Assembly: GCA_022813965.1 (NCBI GenBank)
Contig: JALDZS010000119.1
Coordinates: 1 to 64,000, forward strand
Source: Toensbergia leucococca
Taxonomy: Eukaryota
Length of the DNA stretch: 64,000 nucleotides
Direction: 5' to 3'
Made by a program: the position numbers and the translations under genes. Below, piece after piece: positions 36,603 to 48,085 of the stretch. Each line of letters starts with the position of its first letter. Within the stretch, counting starts at the first letter, position 1. The notes beneath the pieces were generated by a model. It saw only the letters and a program-made list of their open reading frames with translations. It searched no databases and had not been told where the DNA came from.

Positions 36603-38746
36603 ATGTCCGCCGCATCAATACCAACTCACTCGGCGCCCAATACCGTGTTCGACACATCTCCCCTATCTTCTCAGACACCACCGGGCAATGTATGGGAACG
36701 AATAACAACATGGGCGTCAGAAAACAAGACCGTTGTCTATACTATTGCTGGTGTTGCCGTAGTAGTCTCGGGCGCAGGAGTAGTCTATTATCTCTCAGAC
36801 TCGAGGAAAGCTCCCGGAGCTGCAGTTGCTGAGGGAAAGAAGAGAGCAAGCAAGAAGGAGAGAAGAAAAGCCAAGAAGGAAAAGGAAAGGGAAAAGGGTC
36901 AGCCGGAGAAAGAAGCAAACGAGGCAGTACCTAAAAAGGCCGAAGAACAAGGTACGCTACGAAGCAACAGCCACTGGGCGGGCTACATTGACCTCGTAAG
37001 CTCCAGAAGTTAGGAAGAAAACCCCAACAGTCGAGTCAGATCCCACAGAGGACCTTCCTCAAATTGATGAATCGACGGTTGAAACATTGTCGGAACAGGT
37101 TGGCTTCACTCCATCCATTCCCTTCTTTGGCTAACAAGCAAAAGGAACGCAAAGAGTACTCTACGAAGCTCAAGATTGCTGGTAACACTGCATATGGTGA
37201 CAAGCGCTACAATGAAGCTATCGATCTATACGGCAAAGCTATCCTTTGCAAGCCGGACCCTATTTTCTATTCGAACCGTGCAGCCTGCTACAACGCTCTT
37301 GGTGATTGGGATAAAGTCGTCGAGGATACAACAGCGGCGATTGCTCTAAATAGCGAATACGTCAAGGCTCTGAACAGAAGGGCCAACGCGTATGAGCATC
37401 TCGAGAAATATAGCGAAGCACTCCTCGACTATACGGCTAGCTGTATAATAGACGGATTTAGGAATGAGCCAAGTGCGCAAAGCGTTGAGCGCCTATTGAA
37501 GAAGGTCGCTGAGGCCAAAGGAAAGGCAATACTCGCCGGGAAGGATAAAAAACTGCCAAGTCCGAGTTTCGTCACCAATTACCTGCAGAGCTTCAGACCA
37601 CGACCACCGCCGGATGGATTGGAGGAAACTGCAGAGTTGGACGAAGAAAGCGGCAAGGGACAATTGAAGGCTGGGCTAATGGCGATGGGAGAGAAGACCA
37701 GTGAAGGTTATGACAGTGCGTCAACGGCCTTTGATAAAGCTCTCGAACTTGGCGATCTCGGAGAGCACGAAGCTTTTGCGTACAATATGCGAGGCACATT
37801 CAGATATCTCCGAGGGGAGAATGCAGATGCACTGGAAGATCTCACGCAAAGTGTCACGCTTCAGCCAGCGCTGACACAAAGCTTCATAAAGAGAGCAAGC
37901 ATGCACCTTGAATTGGGTATGGTTCACCCTTGAACATGCTTAGATTGACCTTTATTGATTCCTAGTAGGCAATCGAGAAGCTGCAGCTACTGACTTTGAG
38001 AAGGCCATGGAGCAAAAGAAAGAAGATCCTGACATCTATTACCATCGTGCGCAACTTCACTTTATACTCGGAGAATTTGCCGAAGCAGCAAAGGACTACC
38101 AAAAATCTATTGACCTGGATCGTGAATTTATATTTTCACATATCCAATTAGGTGTGACACAGTACAAGATGGGCTCGATTGCTTCTTCGATGGCCACCTT
38201 TCGGCGATGCATCAAGAGCTTTGACAAAGTTCCAGACGTTTATAATTATTATGGAGAGCTCTTATTGGACCAACAGAAATATCAGGAAGCAATTGAGAAG
38301 TTTGATACGGCTGTGGAGATGGAGAAACAGTCAAAGCCCATAGGTATGAATGTGCTACCCCTGATCAACAAAGCACTTGCCCTTTTTCAATGGAAACAAG
38401 ATTTCCAGGAGGCAGAGAAATTGTGCCAGAAAGCACTCATCAGTAAGCTTACTCAACCTCTTGTATTTGACAGTGCATTCTTTCTGATAAACCTGCAGTC
38501 GACCCAGAATGCGATATCGCTGTCGCTACAATGGCACAGCTGCTTTTACAGCAAGGCAAAGTCACTGAAGCGTTAAAGTACTTTGAAAGAGCAGCGGAGT
38601 TATCAAGGACCGAAGGCGAGATTGTGAACGCACTATCATATGCGGAAGCGACGAGAACTCAACTCGAAGTACAAGAAAAATATCCGCAGCTTGCAAGTCG
38701 ACTACATGGTATGGGAGGAGGCCTCGGAGGTCCTGCAATGCGATGA
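36603..38746 (+). CDS. TOM70: Mitochondrial import receptor Tom70 (TPR protein), multi-exon
   Basis: N-terminal TM anchor ([19 protein letters not shown]) and TPR repeats ([41 protein letters not shown]). Confidence 0.95.
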
Positions 38747-39488
38747 TCTAGACCTTTGACGTGGCTTCGATATTCTCGATGGCATGTTATACCAAAGAGA
38801 TTGACATCCTACGAGTACTCTTGTACTGTACCTACTCTCCCCTTCAAATTGTTGCATTTTGGCGGAGTAGATATAATTCCGGAAAACCGACTTCGCTGTA
38901 ACATACGAATACTAGATATTTACACGATTGACATTGTATTTAGAGTGATGATGACTTTGCTTGCTGGGCTCATTTGAAATCAAGAATGTACAGACGTGAT
39001 GGCCTCATAGCTGGGGGCCAAACACAGTTCAAGCAATAGGACTCGGACTTGTCTTACATTGACCACCTTGATCTACATATCTTGTGCCTCGATAAGGCTT
39101 GATGAAGAGAGTTGGAACCCAGTGAACCTTTTAAGAAATGTGAAATGGGAAGTGATCGAGGATGATGTTGTCACGAGTGGAGTCGGGAAAAGGTATCCAA
39201 GGTCCGAAAGAGACTAGTTCTATTTTACATATGACATCCAGCATTTTACTTTAACGCCACGAATTTCATCTTCATCACCACCCAAGTCCAGTGTTGAGAA
39301 CCGATGCTGGCCATCTGGGATGACTCAACTTTCTTCCTCCCTCATACTCTTGCTTGTAAGCTGTCAGTATTAGCCTCTTGGTCTTGATAATGCTGGCTGC
39401 CTGATTCGACGCGCCTTCCCTTCGGCCTCGGTGGCTCTCAACCTACATAGGGTCTATACTAACCTCACTACCGGAAACTCCATCCATC

Positions 39489-41637
39489 ATGGTTGCAACA
39501 CGCCGCAAGAATCTTATGTCTAGCAGGAGACGAGTTGAAGATGACGGGGAGGAAGAAGAGGGTTCTGTGGCAATCGGCATCGAGGATGATTCCATGAGCG
39601 AGGCATCTGCTATCAGTGACGCAGATGACGATGCAGATGCCGAAGGAAGTGAGGCTACTGATGTAGATACGCCTGGAAGCAAAATTGCTGCTCAGATTTC
39701 TACGATGAATGGGCATGTGGAAGTAGCTAGAGACACCTCTGGACAATCAGCCATGCTCCCGAAGAAACCTACAACCGCCGCTATGACCGACACCGACGCC
39801 ATGATGAACGGCCTCAAGATCTCTGGCGATCTAGACGTCGCAGAAGAGATACATTTCGACACCATGGCCAATCAGCCACTTCCAACACCAGCCCCGAATC
39901 TTCCCGTACCAAATCAGGAAGCAACAACAATGTCAGACACCTTAGCAGAGAAGAGGCGGCGAGAGCACGAAGAATACAGGAAGAAAAGAGATGCAGACCC
40001 AGCATTTGTACCTAATCGTGGAGGGTTCTTCATGCATGATCATCGCTCTACTGCACCAGGACAAAATGGTTTTAGGCCTTTCGGAAGAGGAAGAGGACGA
40101 GGACGAGGTACCGTTGGAGGACCCTTCTCTCAAGCTAGGTAAGTCTCTACTCGGTTCGAGGTTTTCTAATTATTCGGGAATGGGTCGCTGATTATTCCAA
40201 ACTAGCACCTCACAACCGTCAGCTCCAGCAGATGCACCATGGGCCCACGATTTGCATGATAGTGTCACTCAACCAGACATGGAAAGTGCTAGTACTCAAG
40301 CGGAGCTACCGAATAGCGACATCACCAAAAACTCCAAATCAGCATCTTCAGCCTTCAAAAACCAACCCCCAAATCGGTCATTTTCCCGAACTACACGCAC
40401 CGGAAATGTACAAATAAGGGTATACATGGCAGGGATGTCTGATCCAATTACATTCTCCGCAGTCCCTGTTAATCAACACACGCGTTTACCACACCACCGT
40501 CCACCCCTTCGCCGTGACAAGCCTGTAAGAATCTCGTTGCCCGATATACCTCCTAGGTATATATTCCCCGCCGTGGACCGATCTTTTATCTTCATCCCTA
40601 GGGCATTAAGACCTAACCAACAAGGATTTGGACGAATAAGAGGAAGAGGAAGCTTCGGTGGCTATGGGGGCTTGTCGAGTAGAAGGACTAGTGCCTATGG
40701 CGGTAGTGCCTATTCACCGAGCGTGGCGATGAGTAGGAGATCCTCACTTGCTCGGGAAGTCCCACGGGAAGGTATTATATCTCCGGCAGGTTCATCAGTA
40801 TCACGTCCATTGGGCTTGCCGTCAGAGTCCAGCAAACCTATTGTTCGATTACCACCTGCAGCCGAACAGATGCAAGGATCTATGCAACAGACTATGCCTA
40901 CTATGGGCACGGCTTCTTTAGTCGAATTCCCTCAAGCACAAACATATTCACTTCCACAAAATCCAACTTTCCGGGAAAATCGACCCGTACCGATTCCAAT
41001 GTATCAGCCCCGGCCTCAAAAGACTGTATCTGTGGCAGATATCGAATCTCCGGCTACCCTCGACTTCAAACCACCTCAGCAACAGCAACAGCAGCCATTT
41101 CACCAGCAAGTACCGGTTCAGGTGGCTGGACAAGTTTATGGCCCAGATCAGCCCATATACCACTCCCGACATCCATCGCACCCAAGTCAAGCATCCGGAG
41201 GGACTCCGCTCTCTCAGATACCAGAACGAGCTATACATGCTCAACCTTTCCAGCCTTACCCATACCAGCAACCACAACCGTTTTATCCACAGCAATATCC
41301 TCAGCCGCTTTACTATTTTGCTCCACCACCACCAAACGTTGGACCTGCTATAGCACCTTCAATCTCTGCTCCAGCTTTCGTGCCTGGTCAGCAATATCCA
41401 TATATGCCGGTTGCGCCGCCACCACCACCAGTCGAGGCAACTAGTCAGGCAGGAACAGTGGCGCACGAAAGCAACGGTATGGTATACTATTACGATTCTT
41501 CGCAATTAGCAAGTGGAACGGAGAGCAGTACGACATACCCTCCTGCAGGTTATCCCATAGCACAAACTGGCGGAATTCCTCCACCAGTCCATTACTTCCC
41601 ACAACCTTCACCAGCACTTTACTATCCTCCACAGTGA
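39489..41637 (+). CDS. Btz/CASC3 (Barentsz) domain protein, 2 exons
   Basis: DPAFVPNRGGFFMHDHR, an RGG stretch and WAHDLH after the intron at ~40139-40205; P/Q-rich C-terminus. Confidence 0.85.
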
Positions 41638-42472
41638 GAAGTTGAGAAGGGAGATTGTCTTGAGCACTTCGGGATTAAGATATGATTGGTCTAGTTGTAT
41701 TAGCGTGTTTTACTTGATGCATTTGCATTTGCGAGCGTGCGTGTGATGTTTTATTCGGTGTTATCTGTCCTGTTGAGTGTGTCACTGCAGCAGGGCACCT
41801 CACCCTTTCGTTTTCTCATTCGGTCTTGTGTGAGGACACTTTAACAATTACATGTGTTCCACGGCATGAGCTATCCTTTCAATGCTCTGTGCTTTCATGT
41901 GTCGAATCTAGGCATGCTTCTTGTGTAGATTAATTAGGGATCGGTTCTGTCTTGTTGGACCCTCTCGAGGTGTGATGGGAGCCAAATGCCAAGAATCTGT
42001 CATGAACAAGTGTTCCACATTGTTTACACGAACGGATCATTTGCTTGGAATAACGAGTACTCGCAATACCTGAGGTAATTCGGAATCGGCATTTTCCACA
42101 TGATCTTGCCACCAGCCTAGATTTGGCTCGACAAGCCCATGGTGGAAAAGGTAATGTACCTTAAGTACGTACCAGTAGACGTAATCATGGGTGGAAAGGT
42201 TTGTATTGAACGTAAAAAAGCTAGCGTATCTTAGGCTGCAACAGCTTGACGGATGCTTTGGCGGCTCCCCCCCACCTTACCTCCTACTCATCTTCTCACA
42301 TCTTACCCTCACTCTCATCCTCAACATCTTGTACCTGTTGAAATATCTTATGCGAAATTTATCTCGACCATCTTAGAGGTGACGACAGCTTCTCATACAT
42401 CGATATCTGAACTGAGATCACTGACTCTGACACGCTTACCATAGCTCTGTGTCGTCATCAGCTCTGACCATC

Positions 42473-45265
42473 ATGTCAGCAATCAATCCAGCTCCATCGG
42501 CGGATACTCCCATTACCATAAAGATCGCTTTGGCAAATGGAGAGAATCGACGATTCAAGCTCGCTCTGAGAGAATGTGGGGCAAACACCTTGTCAGATAA
42601 GGTACATCTGTGGTCTCATCCCAGCCTCGTCCCAGCGTCCTCCTAAAGTCATACAGCTTTCAATGAAAACTCATACATTTTCACTGATTCTCATTATATT
42701 AGCTTCGCTTCCTGCTCGCCGTACAACCCGATCAAGATATTATCTTGGAACGCTTCTCCGACAGCGCAGGATCTTATATCACTCTAGATGGCAACAACCC
42801 ATCCGTATACAAGCAGCTTTACCGAGCTGCGAAAGCTAAGCTAAAGCTTCGTATGAGAGCTACCATCGTTGAGGCTGCTCCTGCCACAGGGAATGCAACT
42901 GCACAATCGGAGCCCGCGACTCCCGATTGCCTTACATCTCACCGCTACGTTCCCCCAGTGAACCACGATGCGATCAAGGACCAAGCATCTCAGATAAAGA
43001 TGGCCGAGGCCGCGATCGACAGTCACGTAACTAATGGGTCGGGACCTGCGTCTCTTAAAGCCTTTACGGCAGCTCTCGCCTCTCTGGATGGAAAGCACAA
43101 GGAAGAACCTACTCATGACAGTCTGCAATTACAAGCTCAACAGTGCAAAGTCAAGCAAATGACTTCCAAATCTCCGGTTCCAGCAGAGGTCAAAGTCGAG
43201 GCCCCAGCTCTTCTAAAAAAGGAAATTGATGATGAAGCGCCTGTGCCTCGGGAATTCTCGGCTCGTGAACACTTTTATGCCGAACTCGCAAGTATGTCGA
43301 AGGGCGCGGCTCAAATGCGTGTCAAAAATCAGGCTCTCAGTACTACAGGGACATCATTTACGATCTGTTGCAACCACTGCGACAGTCCTATTCCGGATGG
43401 TCACTGGCACTGCAGTATCTGTGAAGATGGAGATTTTGATCTATGCAGCAAATGTGTAGCTAACAATGTGCTCTGCCCTGTCGAGGGCCACTGGCTAATC
43501 AAGAGATTTGTGAAAGATGGAAGGGTCATGGTGAGCACAACCGAGACCATTGCACCCAAGCAGACTGTCAAGACCGAGTTGGAGAAAGAGATTCCAGGTG
43601 CTTTCACAAATGGTTCCAAAGAGGAAGAATTCTCTGACCCCAATGAAACAAGCCGTACTTGCAACTCTTGCGTTGGAGGTAAGCTTTGAGCTAAAAAAAA
43701 TATCGCGATGGTTGAGCTGACGAGCTATAGTCTTTGACGAGTCAAGATTCGTTACATGTACTGTGTGTGAAGATTACGATCTTTGCCTGCTCTGCCATGT
43801 GGGTATGAAGCATGGTCATCATCCCGGCCATGGTTTCAAACCGGCATCCGAGGAAGCAACTCTCGACATCTTGGCGACTAGACTCTGCCTTGCTGGACGT
43901 AATGTGTCTCACTACGCGGTCTGCGATGGATGTGACGATGTATGTCGTGCAGCATCTTACCTGATTAATGGCAAACAAACTAATAGTATCTAGAGCATTT
44001 TTGGTGTCCGTCACAAATGTATGAACTGTCCTGATTGGGACTATTGCTCCACTTGCATTCAACGTGCTCGTCACACTCACCCAGGACATCGTTTCGTCCC
44101 AATCTACGAACCCATTCCTCATCCTGCTGGCCGTTCCCAACGACACTACGGAATTCACTGTGACGGTCCGCTTTGCAAGGATAAAGCATCATTTATTGTG
44201 GGCGATCGATACAAATGTGCTGTCTGCCATGATACAGACTTCTGCGCCAACTGCGAAGCTTTGCCGACTCATCGTCATAACCGTACTCATCCTTTGATCA
44301 AATTTAGATCTCCAGTGAGGAACGTTTCCGTCACCACCTTAGGTGAGAAAGACAATGGGGAGGTCATGTATACAATGGGCGATAAGATCACCCAGACCAG
44401 CTCAAAGTCTACCGAGACTACTCCGACCGTTCATTCTAGCAACGCCGCTACTCAGGTGCAGACTGTAGCTGAAGTCAAGCCTGTCGAGCCAGCTCAAGAG
44501 GAGGCCAAAGACGAGGTCAAGGAAGAGTCCAAGGAGGAAGTTGCCAAAGTAGTCACTGTTCCAGAATACCAAGCCCACTTCGTTCGCGATGCAGTAGCCG
44601 ACGGTTCTAAGCTTCGACCATCATTCAAATTCGAACAGGTTTGGACTCTCCGCAACCCAGGTCCTTATGCATGGCCTGCGGGCTGCAGTGTCCGCTTTAT
44701 TGGTGGCGACAATATGCTCAACGTTGACTCGGAACACCCATCAAGTGTAAGTGACATTGCGAAAGCCATCGGAAGCAACGTCATCGACCGTGTTGTTGAA
44801 GTTGGCGAGGAAGTTGACTTTACCGTTGTAATGAAGACACCAAAGCGTCAAGGCAAGGCTATTTCGTACTGGCGTCTAAAGGCTGCTGATGGTTGGCAAT
44901 TCGGGAATAAGTTGTGGTGCGATATTGATGTTTCTGTGCCTGAACAGGCAGCTGTATCGGGGGTCACGACAGAGCACATTGAGGATGTAGCCAAGGAAGT
45001 CAAGGTTGAAGAGCCAAAGGACGAGGAGCATCACAGCCAGATGATCTTCCCGAAGCTCGACAAGGAATCTCCAGTATCCAGCACGCACGGTGCGGAGGCT
45101 TTGGGAACCGCTGAGATGGGAGAGCCGGAGTTGGACGAGGAGATGGAGAATTTGGGGTTGGATGGTGAGGAAGATACTGATGATGGGTTCTTGACGGATG
45201 AGGAGTACGAGGTTCTGGACGGCAGTGACGAGGAGTTGATCGAGGCGGTGAATGGGAAGAAGTAG
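42473..45265 (+). CDS. NBR1-like selective autophagy receptor (PB1-like, four ZZ zinc fingers, FW domain), 4 exons
   Basis: ITIKI..ENRRFKL N-terminus; four ZZ CxxC arrays; FW domain (QVWTLRNPG..WP..SYWRL..LWCDI); acidic tail with DEEYEVL. Confidence 0.88.
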
Positions 45266-45713
45266 ACATTCTTCTTTTTGAATGGAGAAGGAAGTCCAAA
45301 ATTGGTGGATGGGCAATGGCAATGTTGGTGAAATTGATTATCTGCGGTGGATGATGAGGGCGAGATTAGATACTCGGAGATTTCCATGTCCCCACTCTCT
45401 TTCCTCTTCTTCTTGCTTTTTTCTGGGGGATTTTGGGGGGGCAATTGCGTGCGTGCGTGCGTGCGTGCGTGTATGTTTGCTTTGGCTTCTTTACCTTTTT
45501 TTCTTCTTCTGGATTCAACTCTGTAGTAGTGGTCGTCAGATGAAGTAGGTAGGTAGTGTGTGATTGGTGTTTTTCCTTTTTTTTTTTTGCTAGGTAGGGG
45601 ATACAATGCATGGGATCAATTCTACTCTTTTTTCAGTTTGCAGTGAGGTGGTGTGGATGTGTGACTTTGTTCTTTTTTATTTTTTCATGATCATAGAGTA
45701 GGGCTTTTCTGTC

Positions 45714-45956
45714 TTGCTTCCTCCCTTCACTCTCTATCTCCCTCCCTCTCTTCTTACCCCCCCCCCCCTTCACTCTCTCCCTCTCCCTCTCTCTCTCTCT
45801 CTTTCTCTTTCTATCTCTCTTTTTCACTCTCTCTCTTCCTCTCTCTCTTCTCTCCCTTCCCTTCTCTCTCTCTCCCTCCCCTCTCTATCTCTTTTCCTTT
45901 ACTTTCTCTTCACTCTCTCGTTTCTCTAAAAAATATATATATATATATATTATATA
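45714..45956. repeat. CT-rich low-complexity tract followed by (TA)n
   Basis: Directly visible. Confidence 0.9.
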
Positions 45957-46514
45957 CACCCCGAACTTAGGATTTGGAATTGCCCTTTTCGATCAGGAAA
46001 GGGAGCAAGGGCCGCTTTAGAGGAAGCAAGGGGGGCGCAGCAAGGGAGCACCGAGGGGAGCACAGGGGAGCATCGAGGGAGCATGGGGGAGCAGGCACAG
46101 GGGCGCAGCACAGGGAGCCTGAATTGGGATTTTGCATACCGGCTCTACCTGCTTACATTCATTTTATTGTGGAATACTGTTGGCTTCAGCCTCCTGCTGC
46201 CTGGATTCAACCCTTACTAGAAGTCTGCCGTCGATTTCTTAGGGTTTCCTTCACAGGATAGATTCACAGCGCCTACTTACAATCTTGTGCTTCTTTAGGA
46301 TCTATAACGCAAAGATTATAATCAAACTTGCGGGTACGCCAGAGGCTGCCAAAAGACGTGAGGACCTTCTGTCAGGTCCGGCACCCTGCCAGCACCTGGG
46401 AACAGCAGTAGTGTGAGACTTGGCAGGTTTTGTAGGTAGGAACATCGAGTAGTCATAGCATATCATGCATTTAACAATACGTCAGGTAAACACAATGAAC
46501 TCGAAATTATTCTG

Positions 46515-47933
46515 TCATTTAATTTGCCAAGGATTGTAATCTCCGTCATTAACGTTGCCATTACGCTTGGCAAGGTCTAAAAGCGCATCACTACAACGCT
46601 CTACTGCTAGCTCCTCACGAGATGTTTCTAAATGAAGCCTTAACTGATCGAAGGTCAATGGAAACCTTGTGTTTCCCCCATCTGTAGCATCAAGAGGGTA
46701 GAAGTCGCTCAACTTGAGATCAAGTTCCGAAGTTGCATTATCTGGAACAAAGTACTATAATAAAATCGAGTTAGCATATGTTGTAGCTAAGTAGAAGAAA
46801 AGGAGTACAGCTTACAGATCGTGTTCCTTTCTGCTTCGCCTCTCCGTTTACTGCATCTCTCTTCCATATCTCAAGAAACACGCCCATCTTATTAACCCAA
46901 ACCAAATTGTTTATCTGGAGCGGGCCAAAGCTGTCGTTCGGATCTTCAGGAATGACCATAGAAGTATCAAGATCTTTAAGATCAGGGAACCCAAGGTCCT
47001 TAACCTCATCATCTTCCATTTTGCCGGTAGGGGAATGGTATCGAGGACTCTCCTCCACTTTGATTAGAATCACAGTTCTTATATCCCTGTTTCCTTCTAT
47101 CTATATTTTGGTGTCATCAATAAGTTCTTTATATGTTTCTGTGAAACCAATTTCAACCACAGCGGTGTATAAGACTTTATGATTTTGCCCTTTGTATTTG
47201 AATAACACGTCTGGATCCTTTTTACTACCTTCGTAAGCCCCTGTAAAAGCCCCCACTCTTTGAGGCCCTACAACGGCGAGTTGCCTCGTTGTTTCAGACC
47301 GAAGGTCTTGTTTAGCAAGACCATTACTTTCAATAAAGGGAGACGCAAGAATCTCGTGAACAGGTGAAGGCATCCATTGGATAATCCCAATACAACTTCG
47401 GGAGTTGAAGGAGATAGATGGCCAGCTAAAACAAATTATATTAGCAATTATAATTTGCATATCAGAGTCTAAAGAGTATACCGAAGGTCAAATCCATCAT
47501 AACCAAGAGCTTCATCCAGCTTTCGAAAATAACTTGCTGGCATATGTACTCGTTCCACACTCCGCAAAGGTATGAACTTCTGTTCTCTGCGTTCCTTATT
47601 GGCGAGGACACTCTCTTTAAGTCTTGCCTCGTATATAGTAAGGTCTAAAAGCGTCAACATCTTGAGTGGGCTTTCAGGAGGGGTTGCTGGATGATTCGAC
47701 AGGATAGGAGGACTGGTAGTAGGTAAGAGATTATGCTTCAGAAGCGGTGCATGCCGGATATCTTCTGATGGTGTGATCTTCCGTCGTGACGGCAGTTTCG
47801 GGAATAGCGAGGCAGTAGAATAAGAGGTTCTGGAGGGCGATTGAAATGCTGGACCTTGACCAGAAGGCTGACGAGGATTTAAGCCGTCATACCCAGTGTG
47901 TAACGGGAAGTCCACCGCTTCTGAGGAGGACAA
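46515..47933 (-). pseudogene. PD-(D/E)xK restriction-endonuclease-like (Uma2-like) gene, 3 exons, one premature stop
   Basis: MPSPVHE...SKKDPDVLF...[33 protein letters not shown] at 47103-47101 replaces an expected Trp. Introns at ~47481-47426 and ~46815-46756. No clear ATG at the 5' end. Confidence 0.65.
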
Positions 47934-48085
47934 AGGCTAGACCGAAGAACCTTTGTCTTTATCTTCAAATGATAATTCTCTGGAACAGCTTCACTAGAAG
48001 ATTTCCCAAACCCAAACGATTTTGCGGATGGGTCTGACTAGGTAGAAGGAGGATGGAGACTTTCTTCTGGTGGGGCAACCCACTA

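Noticed and set aside
46001..46119. GGGAGCA arrays as CRISPR or telomeric repeats
   Set aside because: Eukaryotic context, 7-bp cores with 3-5 bp spacers, no cas genes, and not TTAGGG-like.
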